A stretch of 37,991 nt of DNA from Candidatus Rokuibacteriota bacterium (GTDB lineage Bacteria; Methylomirabilota; Methylomirabilia; Rokubacteriales; DASRDR01). A program made the position numbers and the translations under genes. Of this stretch, positions 18,977 to 26,740 are shown one piece after another. Position 1 is the first letter of the stretch. Each line of letters begins with the position of its first letter. A model generated the notes under the pieces. That model did no database searches. It saw only the letters and a program-made list of their open reading frames with translations, and was not told the origin of the DNA. Location of the stretch: the NCBI GenBank assembly GCA_044866005.1, contig JBIOTN010000172.1:1-37991 (forward strand). Direction: 5' to 3'.

Positions 18977-20509
18977 TCAGGGCCGACCGGAGGGGGTCGC
19001 CGCCTGGATGGCCGCGAGCAGGCTGCCGGAGGCGACGATCCCGGCGAGGCGCTCCACCTCCGGTCCGAGCACGCGGTCGTCGTCGAGGGGCGGCACCACC
19101 TTCCGCACCGCCTCGAAGGCCGCGCGGGTTCCTCGTCCCAGCGCCGGTGCGGCGCCGCGCAGGTCCACCGCCTGGGCCGCCGCCATCAGCTCGATGGCGA
19201 CGACGGTGGCCAGCCGTGACAGGATCTCGTCCGCCTTCCGGACCGTGAGGGGCGCCATGGTCGCGTGGTCCTCCTGGCCGTCCGCCACCGCCACCACGTC
19301 GAGCGAGGCGGGGTTCGCCAGGTGCCGGACCTCGGCGGCGAGCGCGGCGAGCGTCTTCTGAAGCGTGGCGAACCCCGTCCGGGTTCCCGCCCGCGGGGTC
19401 AGGAACGCGGGCAGGCCGCTCTGCGGGGCCGACATCAGCCGGAGGCTCCGCTCCAGGGAGAGTCGCGTGACCTGCCCGAGGGCGAGCGCGACCAGGTCGA
19501 ACGCCAGGGCGAGTGCCCCCACGTGGAAGTTTCCGGTGGAGAGGATCACGTCGTCGTCCGGCACGACGAGCGGGTTGTCGCCGGCGGCGTTCAGCTCGAC
19601 CTCCACCGCCTGCCGGGCGGAGCCGATCGCCGCGGCGGCGGCGCCGTGGACGTGGGGCACGCAGCGGAAGCTCACCGGGTCCTGGACGCGGCGTCCGGTC
19701 CCGGGCTCCCAGAGGCGGCTCCCGGCCAGGAGCGCGGAGAGCCGTGCCGCCGCGTCGACCTGGCCCGGCGCCGGTCGCGCCGCGTGGACCCGGGGATCGA
19801 GCGGTTCCACGTTCCCCGCGAAGCCCTCGAAGGCGAGCGCGGCGGCCGCCGTCGCCGCCTCGAGGCGGTCGTTCGCGTCCCACAGAACCAGCGCCGCGTG
19901 CCCGACCGTCGCGGCGTTCGCGTTGCAGAGGGCCAGACCGTCCTTCGGCCCGAGCGCGACGGGCTCGAGCCCCGCGCGCCGGAGGGCCTCACCGCCCGGC
20001 AGGCGCTCCCCGCGATAGTCGGCCTCCCCGAGACCGATCAGCGGGAGCGCCAGGTGGGAGAGCGGCCCCAGATCGGCGGCGCCGATCGAGCCCCGGGACG
20101 GGATCACCGGATGGACGCCCGCGTTGAGCATCGCGACCAGCGTGTCGAGGATCCGCGGCTGGACGCCCGCGCCGCCGGTGGCCAGCGTGTTGGCGCGCGC
20201 GAGAAGGATCGCCCGGACCGCGTCCGCGGCGAAGGGCGGGCCCACGGCGACGCTGTGGCTCAGGAGGAGGCGGCGCTGGAACGCGGCCAGGTCCTCGGCG
20301 GCCACGCGCGTATCCTTCCGGGCGCCGGTGCCCGTCGTCGTGCCGTAGATCGGCCGGTCCTCACGGGCGAGACGCTCGACGACCTCGCGGGCCCGCGCCA
20401 CGCGGGCCCGCGCCTCGGGCGCGAGCTCGACGCGGGCGCCGTGCCGCGCGACGCGGACCACCGCCGCGAGGTCGAGGCCCTGGCCCGCCAGCGTGACCGG
20501 CGGCGTCAT
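18977..20509 (-). CDS. HAL/PAL-fold lyase lacking the MIO-forming ASG motif (ergothionase-like)
   Basis: IYGTTTGTG, LGPKDGLAL, QDPVSFRCVPHVHG, ELNAAGDNP, GNFH, QEDH; GSIGAADL where HAL has GSVGASGDL. Confidence 0.82.
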   Translation of the reverse strand: MTPPVTLAGQGLDLAAVVRVARHGARVELAPEARARVARAREVVERLAREDRPIYGTTTGTGARKDTRVAAEDLAAFQRRLLLSHSVAVGPPFAADAVRAILLARANTLATGGAGVQPRILDTLVAMLNAGVHPVIPSRGSIGAADLGPLSHLALPLIGLGEADYRGERLPGGEALRRAGLEPVALGPKDGLALCNANAATVGHAALVLWDANDRLEAATAAAALAFEGFAGNVEPLDPRVHAARPAPGQVDAAARLSALLAGSRLWEPGTGRRVQDPVSFRCVPHVHGAAAAAIGSARQAVEVELNAAGDNPLVVPDDDVILSTGNFHVGALALAFDLVALALGQVTRLSLERSLRLMSAPQSGLPAFLTPRAGTRTGFATLQKTLAALAAEVRHLANPASLDVVAVADGQEDHATMAPLTVRKADEILSRLATVVAIELMAAAQAVDLRGAAPALGRGTRAAFEAVRKVVPPLDDDRVLGPEVERLAGIVASGSLLAAIQAATPSGRP

Positions 20510-21135
20510 CCCGGCCGGAGCGCGCGCTCCGCCCGCCAGGCGGCCGCGCCCTGGAAGTCGTAGTACCGCGTGCGGACGAGGACCGGCTCGTGGCCGGACA
20601 GCAGGCCGCCCGGGAGCACGCCGGCGTGGAGCCGGATGACGGCGTAGAATCGCGGGGCCAGCTCGCGTGTCGCGTAGGCGTGCTTCGCGCTGGTCCGCCA
20701 GTGTTCCGCCGCCTCGGGCGGGTCGACGAGGATCAGGTTCGCCCAGTTCCCGTCCGGGAGCTCGAGCGAGCTGTAGCTCAGGATGCCGGGATGGGCGGGC
20801 AGCTCGAGGATCAGCTCGTCGTCGGTCGCGGTGAGGACGGTGTAGTCGAGGCCCGGCCGCCGCTGGGCGAAGAACCCCACGAAGGCGAGGTCCACCGGGC
20901 GGCGGAGGGCCGCGTCCGCAGAGACGATCGCGCGGTGCTGGCGCCCCTCCGGCCCCGGCAGCGCGAGCACGAGGGGACGGGGCGACGCGGGCAAGTCGGG
21001 GGACGGCGCCAGCGCCCGGCGGAGGGCCGCCGCCATCGTCCGGATCGCGGCGAGGTCGGCCGCGTTGTGGCCGGGGTCGGTGAAGGGCCGTCCTTCCACC
21101 ACGTCGGTCGCGTCGAGCCGCAGGTCCACGTCCAT
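20506..21135 (-). CDS. Hypothetical protein (209 aa), translationally coupled to the lyase
   Basis: ATG 21135 with RBS GGAGG; ATGA overlap with the lyase start; globular-looking sequence FVGFFAQRR...GILSYSSLEL...NWANLIL...HWRTSAKHAYA. Confidence 0.7.
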   Translation of the reverse strand: MDVDLRLDATDVVEGRPFTDPGHNAADLAAIRTMAAALRRALAPSPDLPASPRPLVLALPGPEGRQHRAIVSADAALRRPVDLAFVGFFAQRRPGLDYTVLTATDDELILELPAHPGILSYSSLELPDGNWANLILVDPPEAAEHWRTSAKHAYATRELAPRFYAVIRLHAGVLPGGLLSGHEPVLVRTRYYDFQGAAAWRAERALRPG

Positions 21136-21154
21136 GCCGCCTCCGAGCCGCCCG

Positions 21155-21201
21155 ATTGTAGCAGACGGGGCTTTCCTTTTCCGGCGGCGCGGTGCCAAGA
21201 T
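21155..21201. promoter_or_regulatory. Divergent extended -10 promoter pair
   Basis: Minus strand TGCTACAAT at 21155-21163; plus strand TGCCAAGAT at 21193-21201, 9 nt before GTG 21211. Confidence 0.5.
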
Positions 21202-21210
21202 GAGGCCACC

Positions 21211-22011
21211 GTGCTGACCTTCGCCTCCTACCTCGCCGACAACGCGCGTCCGGTCTACGCCCGGATCGCCGCCCACGTCGAGGAGCGGCTGGGCCAACCG
21301 GCGGTCCTGTCGGGCCTGGAATGGGCCGACCGCCTCGAGCTCCTCGATGAGGACCGCGTGGACGTCGCGTTCCTGTGCGGCCTCCCCTATACGCAGCGCC
21401 AGGAGACGCCTGGGCGCCCGCTCGAGCTCTGCTGCGCGCCCGTCATGGCGGCCCCGCGGTACGAGGGCCGTCCCGTCTACTTCACCGACGTGGTGGTCCG
21501 CGCGGAGAGCCCCGCGCGGACCTTCGCCGACCTCCGGGACCGCACGTGGGCGTACAACGACGAGGGCTCGAACTCGGGATACGTCATGCCGCGCGATCAC
21601 CTGCTCCGGCTGGGCGAGACCAGCGGTTACTTCAAGGAGGCCCGGCGCTCGGGCTCACACCAGCGCTCCCTCCTGATGGTCCTCGGGGGCGACGCCGACG
21701 CGACGGGGATCGACAGCACGGTCCTCGAGCTCGAGCGGGCGCGGCGGCCGGAGCTGGCCGGGCGGCTCCGCGTGGTCGAGTCGATCGGTCCCTGCCCCAT
21801 CCCGCCGGTGGTCGTGGCGCGGCGGCTCCCCGAGACTCTCAAGGCGCGGCTCCGGGAGGTCTTCCTCGGGATGCACGACGACCCGACCGGCCGCGCCATC
21901 CTGGCCGAGGGGCTGATGGCCCGCTTCGTGCCGGTGCGCGACGCCGACTACGACGCGATCCGGGAGATGGTCCGGCGCGCCCGGGCGGCGGGGTTCCTCG
22001 AGCTTCGATGA
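21211..22011 (+). CDS. PhnD-like (phosphate/phosphonate-binding fold) protein without signal peptide
   Basis: VDVAFLCGLPY, YFTDVVVR, YNDEGSNSGY, SGSHQRS, ADATGIDSTV, PIPPVVV. Confidence 0.8.
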   Translation: MLTFASYLADNARPVYARIAAHVEERLGQPAVLSGLEWADRLELLDEDRVDVAFLCGLPYTQRQETPGRPLELCCAPVMAAPRYEGRPVYFTDVVVRAESPARTFADLRDRTWAYNDEGSNSGYVMPRDHLLRLGETSGYFKEARRSGSHQRSLLMVLGGDADATGIDSTVLELERARRPELAGRLRVVESIGPCPIPPVVVARRLPETLKARLREVFLGMHDDPTGRAILAEGLMARFVPVRDADYDAIREMVRRARAAGFLELR

Positions 22012-22066
22012 AACGCCCAGGCGCCGCGCGCGAAGTCGAAGCGGCGCGGGGGGGCGGCGAGCGCCG

Positions 22067-22576
22067 GTGACCCGCGTCCGGCGCTCGGCGCTCCTGGTCG
22101 GGATCCTGCTGCTGGCGGTGGGCTGCGACCAGGCCACCAAGCGGCTGGCGAGCGATCGGCTGCAGTCCGTGCCCGGCCACGCGTATCTCGGCGACAGCCT
22201 CCGGCTCCAGTACGCGGAGAATCGCGGAGCCTTCCTCTCACTCGGCGCCACGCTCCCGGACGGGCTGCGCTTCCTCGCGCTCACGGCCGGGGTCGCGGCG
22301 CTGCTGGCGGGTCTCGTCTTCTATGTGGTCGCCAGCCGCCGGCTCGCGCCGCTCCAGGTCGTCGGCTGCGCCTTGATCGCCGGCGGGGGGCTCGGCAACT
22401 GGCTCGATCGACTCTTCCGGGACGGCGCGGTCGTGGACTTCCTCGACCTCGGCGTCGGCAGTCTCCGGACCGGGGTCTTCAACCTCGCCGACGTGTCGAT
22501 CGTGGCCGGGGTCGTCGCGTGCGCCGCCGCGACCTGGACGCGCCGCCGCCGGGCGGTCCGGCCGGCGGCCCGGTGA
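22067..22576 (+). CDS. lspA: Lipoprotein signal peptidase II
   Basis: DQATK, NRGAFLS, GGLGNWLDR, VVDFL and FNLAD motifs with hydrophobic segments. Confidence 0.88.
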   Translation: MTRVRRSALLVGILLLAVGCDQATKRLASDRLQSVPGHAYLGDSLRLQYAENRGAFLSLGATLPDGLRFLALTAGVAALLAGLVFYVVASRRLAPLQVVGCALIAGGGLGNWLDRLFRDGAVVDFLDLGVGSLRTGVFNLADVSIVAGVVACAAATWTRRRRAVRPAAR

Positions 22577-22618
22577 TCGACGGCATGCCGCCGCGGGGGG
22601 CGGCGCGGAGCGCAGTGA

Positions 22619-22861
22619 ATGCCGGTCTTCCTTCTGGCGGTTGCGTTGCTCGCCCCTCCGTCCATCGGTGCGCAGCCGGCCGGGAGGGTCTTCCGGCTGG
22701 GCTTCATCTCGAGCTCGACGACCAGCGTCTCGTCGCCGTTCCTGGTGGCGTTGCGCCAGGGACTGAGCGAGCTGGGATACGTCGAAGGCAAGAACGTCAC
22801 GATCGAGTACCGCTTCGCCGAACGGCGGGAGCTGATGCTCGCCGATCGGGTGATCCAGTGA
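22619..22861 (+). pseudogene. Internally deleted ABC_sub_bind-type substrate-binding protein
   Basis: N-terminus (AQPAGRVFRLGFI...LRQGLSELGYVEGKNVTIEYRFAE) is joined directly to the family C-terminus (LADRVIQ); compare the full-length paralog at 28813-29820. Confidence 0.75.
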
Positions 22862-22862
22862 C

Positions 22863-24107
22863 TCAGCCGAGGAGCTTCCGGTCGTAGGGATAGGTCGAGA
22901 GACGCCGGGCGCCGTCCCCGCAGACGACGACCTGGTCCTCGAGCTTCACGCCGAACGGCGCCCCCACCTTGCCGGCGTAGCACTCGAGACAGAGCACCAT
23001 GTTCTCCTGGAATTCGCGCCGGGGCATGATCCGGCGCGGGCCCCGGTCGTCGTCGGGGTAGGGGATCCCCGGCCCCTCGTCCTCGAGTCCCGCCTGGTGG
23101 ACCATCGTCGGGTAGCGCTGGGCGCGGTACGCCTCGGGCAGGCGCGGCGCCGTCCGGGCGAACTCCTCGAAGGTGATACCGGGCCGGACGAGCTCGAGCA
23201 TGCCGGTGACGCAGTCGTGCGCCACGCGGTAGGCCTCCTTCTGCGCCGGCGTCGGGCTGTCGCCACAGAGGAACGTGCGCGAGACGTCGATGACGTAGCC
23301 CTCGTAACCGTTCGCGTCGGTGTCGACGCCGACCAGATCGCCCGCCATGAGGGGCTTGTCGCGGGCCTCGGACATCCACGGGTTGGTGTTCGTACCGGAG
23401 GCGACGAGCCGGGTGAAGAGGAACTCGCCCTGCCGGCGGAGCAGCGCATCGGTCAGCACGGCGAGCAGCTCGTACTCGCGGATGCCCGGGCGGATCGCCG
23501 CCTCGAACTCGCCCAGGATGGCGTCGCCGATGCCGCCGTTGATCGTGAGCAGGGCGATCTCCTCGGACGTCTTGATCTCGCGCGCGTCCACGGTCGCGGG
23601 CCCCGCGTCGACGATGGGGATCCCTTCCGCCTGGAGCGCGAGGAAGCCGGCCGCGTCGAGCTTGTCCACCGCGAGGCGCTCGCCCTCGAGGCCGAGCTCC
23701 CGCAGGAGCCCGCGGATCGAGCGGGCCCACTCCCGCGCCTTGTCCGCCGACTGGACGCCGCCGAACTGCCAGGTGTAGGCCGGCCGGACGTCGGCCACGA
23801 GCTTCTGCGAGACGTGGATCGAGCCCTTGTACTCGAAGAGGACCGGCGCGCCCTCGGCCGGCAGGACGCAGTAGCGGGCGAAGGTCCCCGCCGTCCAGAC
23901 CGCCATGACGTCGGTTCCGGTCGCGTAGCGGATGTTCGCCGGGTTGAAGAAGAGCCCGACCGGCAGCGCGTGCCGCCGCATCGCGGCCTGGAGCCGCGCC
24001 AGGCGACCGGCGCGGAGGCGCGGGAAGTCGACCTCCCCGAGGGTGGGGACGCCGAGCCGGGGCACGCGGGACACGCCGGCCAGCCGCCGGCCCTCGTCGG
24101 TCACCAT
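22863..24107 (-). CDS. M24-fold metalloenzyme, DddP (DMSP lyase)-like
   Basis: ATG 24107 with RBS AAGGAG; NIRYATG, RLAVDK, TRLVASGTNTNPW, VDTD, IDVSR, MVH, CLEC, VKLEDQV, LSTYPYD. Confidence 0.78.
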   Translation of the reverse strand: MVTDEGRRLAGVSRVPRLGVPTLGEVDFPRLRAGRLARLQAAMRRHALPVGLFFNPANIRYATGTDVMAVWTAGTFARYCVLPAEGAPVLFEYKGSIHVSQKLVADVRPAYTWQFGGVQSADKAREWARSIRGLLRELGLEGERLAVDKLDAAGFLALQAEGIPIVDAGPATVDAREIKTSEEIALLTINGGIGDAILGEFEAAIRPGIREYELLAVLTDALLRRQGEFLFTRLVASGTNTNPWMSEARDKPLMAGDLVGVDTDANGYEGYVIDVSRTFLCGDSPTPAQKEAYRVAHDCVTGMLELVRPGITFEEFARTAPRLPEAYRAQRYPTMVHQAGLEDEGPGIPYPDDDRGPRRIMPRREFQENMVLCLECYAGKVGAPFGVKLEDQVVVCGDGARRLSTYPYDRKLLG

Positions 24108-24145
24108 GATCGCTGACTCCTTTCCTCCGGCTCGCGAGCGTCGGT

Positions 24146-24155
24146 TACTATAGCA
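24146..24155. promoter_or_regulatory. Overlapping divergent -10 elements between the DddP-like and DddQ-like genes
   Basis: TACTATAGCA reads TGCTATAGT (extended -10) on the minus strand and TACTAT on the plus strand; it lies in a 54-bp intergenic gap. Confidence 0.5.
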
Positions 24156-24161
24156 GACCGC

Positions 24162-24839
24162 GTGACGGTCCACGGGCCTGCCGCGCTCTCCGCGCTCCTC
24201 GGCGCGCTCGCCGCCCGGCTGGCGGGCGCGGCGGCGGTCGAGCCCGACGCCGTCGCGGCCGCGGGGGTCGCGCGCTTCGCCGCGCTCGTCCGCGCCCTCG
24301 CCCCGGCCGGCGCGGCGGCGCGGCCCCGGCCGCCGGCCGCCGGGCTCCCGGTCTGTCGCTTCTGGGCGCCCGCGCTCCAGCACGCGGCGCGGGGACCAGC
24401 GGCGCCTCTCGCCGCCGCGCTCGCCCCGCTCGGCCCGGGGCTCGCCTGGACCCAGAATCCGAACTACCGCCGGCGACCGCCGTCGCCCACGTTCCTCGAC
24501 CACTACGGCTACGCCGTCCTCGCGGGCCCCGCCGACGGCCCTCTCGGTCTCGTGGTCGAGCCGCGACTGGCCCTCGGCCTGCTGCTCCTGGGGCCGCGGA
24601 CCGAGTATCCGCTCCACGCACACCCCGCGCGCGAGGTCTACTGTCCCCTCGCCGCCGCCGAATGGTGGCGGGGCGCGGGGCCGTGGCGGCCGGAGGCGCC
24701 GGGCGCGGTGATCTACCACGCGCCCGGCGTGCCGCACGCGACGCGGACCGGCGAGACGCCGCTCCTCGCCGTCTACGTGTGGGAGGGCGAGCTGGCGACC
24801 CACGCGCGGTTCATGGGCGCGGGGGAAGAAGCGGATTGA
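24162..24839 (+). CDS. Cupin DMSP-lyase family protein (DddQ/DddL-like)
   Basis: LAWTQNPNY, FLDHYGYAVLAGP, GLLLLGPRTEYPLHAHPAREVY, HAPGVPHATRTGETPLLAVYVW. Confidence 0.75.
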   Translation: MTVHGPAALSALLGALAARLAGAAAVEPDAVAAAGVARFAALVRALAPAGAAARPRPPAAGLPVCRFWAPALQHAARGPAAPLAAALAPLGPGLAWTQNPNYRRRPPSPTFLDHYGYAVLAGPADGPLGLVVEPRLALGLLLLGPRTEYPLHAHPAREVYCPLAAAEWWRGAGPWRPEAPGAVIYHAPGVPHATRTGETPLLAVYVWEGELATHARFMGAGEEAD

Positions 24840-24893
24840 CGCCCCGGGCCGTCTCGGCGTAGAGTCCGGCCACAGTCATCCGCCGGAGGCGCC

Positions 24894-25832
24894 GTGGGCC
24901 GGTTCGTCCTCAAGCACCTCGCCTTCCTGTCCCTCACGCTTCTCGTCGTGTCGTTCATCGTCTTCGCGCTCAACGAGTTCTCCCCCGGAGACGTCGCGCG
25001 CAAGATGCTCGGGGCCTACGCCACCCAGGAACAGGTCGAGATGCTGACCCGGGAGATGGGACTCGACCGGCCGCTCCTGGTCCGCTTCGTCGACTACCTG
25101 GGGCGCCTCGCGGGGGGCGACCTCGGCCACTCCACGCGGTTCAAGGTGCCCGTCAAGGACATCATCTGGAACCGGCTCGGCAACACCGCCTTCCTCGGCG
25201 CCCTCGCCTTCCTGTTCATCGTGCCGCTGTCCATGCTCCTGGGGATCGCCGCGGGGATGCGCGAGGGTTCCCCGCTCGACCGGGCGATCCTCCTCTTCAA
25301 CACCGTCGTCGCCTCGGTGCCCGAGTTCGCCATGGGTGTCTTCCTCGCCAGCGTCTTCGTGGTCGGCCTGGGGTGGCTCCCCGGGACGGCGACGATGGTG
25401 GGCGGCGGCGGCTGGTCGACGGCCTCGCAGCTCGTCCTCCCCGTGGCGGTCATCGTGCTGTTCGACCTCGGCTACGTCGCGAGCATGGTGCGCGCGTCGA
25501 TGGTCGAGGTCATGCAGCGTCCTTACATCCGCACCGCCGTCCTCAAGGGGCTGAGCCCCCGCGGGGTGATCCTGCGCCACGCGGTCCGGAACGCCATGAT
25601 CAACCCGGTCACCGTCATCCTGCTGCAGATCAACTACCTGGTCTCCGGCGTGGTCGTGGTGGAGACGGTCTTCGCCTACCCGGGGTTCGGCCGCATGATG
25701 CTGGAGGCGGCCCTGTTCAAGGACATCGCGCTGATCGAGGCCGGGGCCCTGGTCGCCGTCTTCGTCGCGGTGATGACGCAGATCCTCGGCGACCTGGCCT
25801 ACATGGTCCTCGACCCGCGGATCCGCGCCTGA
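24894..25832 (+). CDS. Peptide/nickel-type ABC transporter permease (DppB-like)
   Basis: SPGDVA, GLDRP, GDLGHS, YIRTAVLKGL, HAVRNA, VVETVFAYPGFG, LDPRIR. Confidence 0.92.
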   Translation: MGRFVLKHLAFLSLTLLVVSFIVFALNEFSPGDVARKMLGAYATQEQVEMLTREMGLDRPLLVRFVDYLGRLAGGDLGHSTRFKVPVKDIIWNRLGNTAFLGALAFLFIVPLSMLLGIAAGMREGSPLDRAILLFNTVVASVPEFAMGVFLASVFVVGLGWLPGTATMVGGGGWSTASQLVLPVAVIVLFDLGYVASMVRASMVEVMQRPYIRTAVLKGLSPRGVILRHAVRNAMINPVTVILLQINYLVSGVVVVETVFAYPGFGRMMLEAALFKDIALIEAGALVAVFVAVMTQILGDLAYMVLDPRIRA

Positions 25833-25843
25833 GGCGGGCGCCC

Positions 25844-26740
25844 GTGGCGATCCCCGCGACCCTCGACGCCGTCGCCGCCCCGGAGAAGCGGCCCGCGGCC
25901 CGGTACGTCCGGGGCTGGTGGCGCCGGCTGGCCCGGCTCGGGGAGTCGGCGTCGGCGCTCGCCGGCCTCGGGATCGTCGCCTTCTGGCTGCTCGCGGCGC
26001 TCCTGGCGCCGGTCGTCGCGCCCTATCCGCCGAACGCGACCGACCTCGGGGCCCTCGCCCACCCCACGCCCTCGGCGTCGCACTGGCTGGGCACCGACCA
26101 CCTGGGGCGGGACCTCCTGGCGCGCGTCCTGTGGGGCGCGCGCACGGTGCTCGGCGTCGCGCCGCTCGCGGTGGCGGGCGCCACGATCCTCGGCGCCCTC
26201 CTCGGCTTGACCGCGGGCTTCAACCGGGGCTGGATCGACCTCGTCCTCACGCGCGCCTGCGACATCGTGCTCTCGTTCCCCGTGATCATCCTCTACATGA
26301 TCATCCTGGCGACCTTCGGCTCGTCGGCGCTCAACATCATCTTCGTGATCGCGCTGACGAAGGCGCCGATCATCGCCCGGATCGTGCGGGGGATCACGCT
26401 CGAGCTGCGGGAGCGGGAGTACGTCGCCGCGGCCAAGATGCGGGGAGAGTCGGCCCTCTACATCATGGTGGCCGAGATCCTGCCGAACGCGCGGGGGCCG
26501 CTGATCGTGGACGTGAGCCTGCGCATGGGCTACACCATCGTGATCATCGGGGTGCTCGGCTTTCTCGGCATCGGGCTCCCGCCACCCGACCCGGACTGGG
26601 GCGGCATGGTGAAGGAGACGTACGGGATGATCTCCGTCTGGCCGCACATGGCGCTCATCCCGTGTGCCGCGATCTCCTCGCTCGTCATCGGCTTCAGCCT
26701 CCTGTCGATCGGTCTCCGGGAGATCGGGCTGCGTGACTGA
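25844..26740 (+). CDS. Peptide/nickel-type ABC transporter permease (DppC-like)
   Basis: HWLGTDHLGRD, EYVAAAKMRGE, ILPN, LGFLGIGLPPPDPDWG. Confidence 0.92.
   Translation: MAIPATLDAVAAPEKRPAARYVRGWWRRLARLGESASALAGLGIVAFWLLAALLAPVVAPYPPNATDLGALAHPTPSASHWLGTDHLGRDLLARVLWGARTVLGVAPLAVAGATILGALLGLTAGFNRGWIDLVLTRACDIVLSFPVIILYMIILATFGSSALNIIFVIALTKAPIIARIVRGITLELREREYVAAAKMRGESALYIMVAEILPNARGPLIVDVSLRMGYTIVIIGVLGFLGIGLPPPDPDWGGMVKETYGMISVWPHMALIPCAAISSLVIGFSLLSIGLREIGLRD

Noticed and set aside
18977..20509. Calling this gene hutH
   Set aside because: The ASG/MIO motif is absent and no other hut genes are nearby.
17658..20509. Functional link between the Sec-MerB and the ergothionase-like lyase via selenoneine or methylmercury chemistry
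   Set aside because: The genes are convergent and in separate transcription units; only proximity supports the idea.
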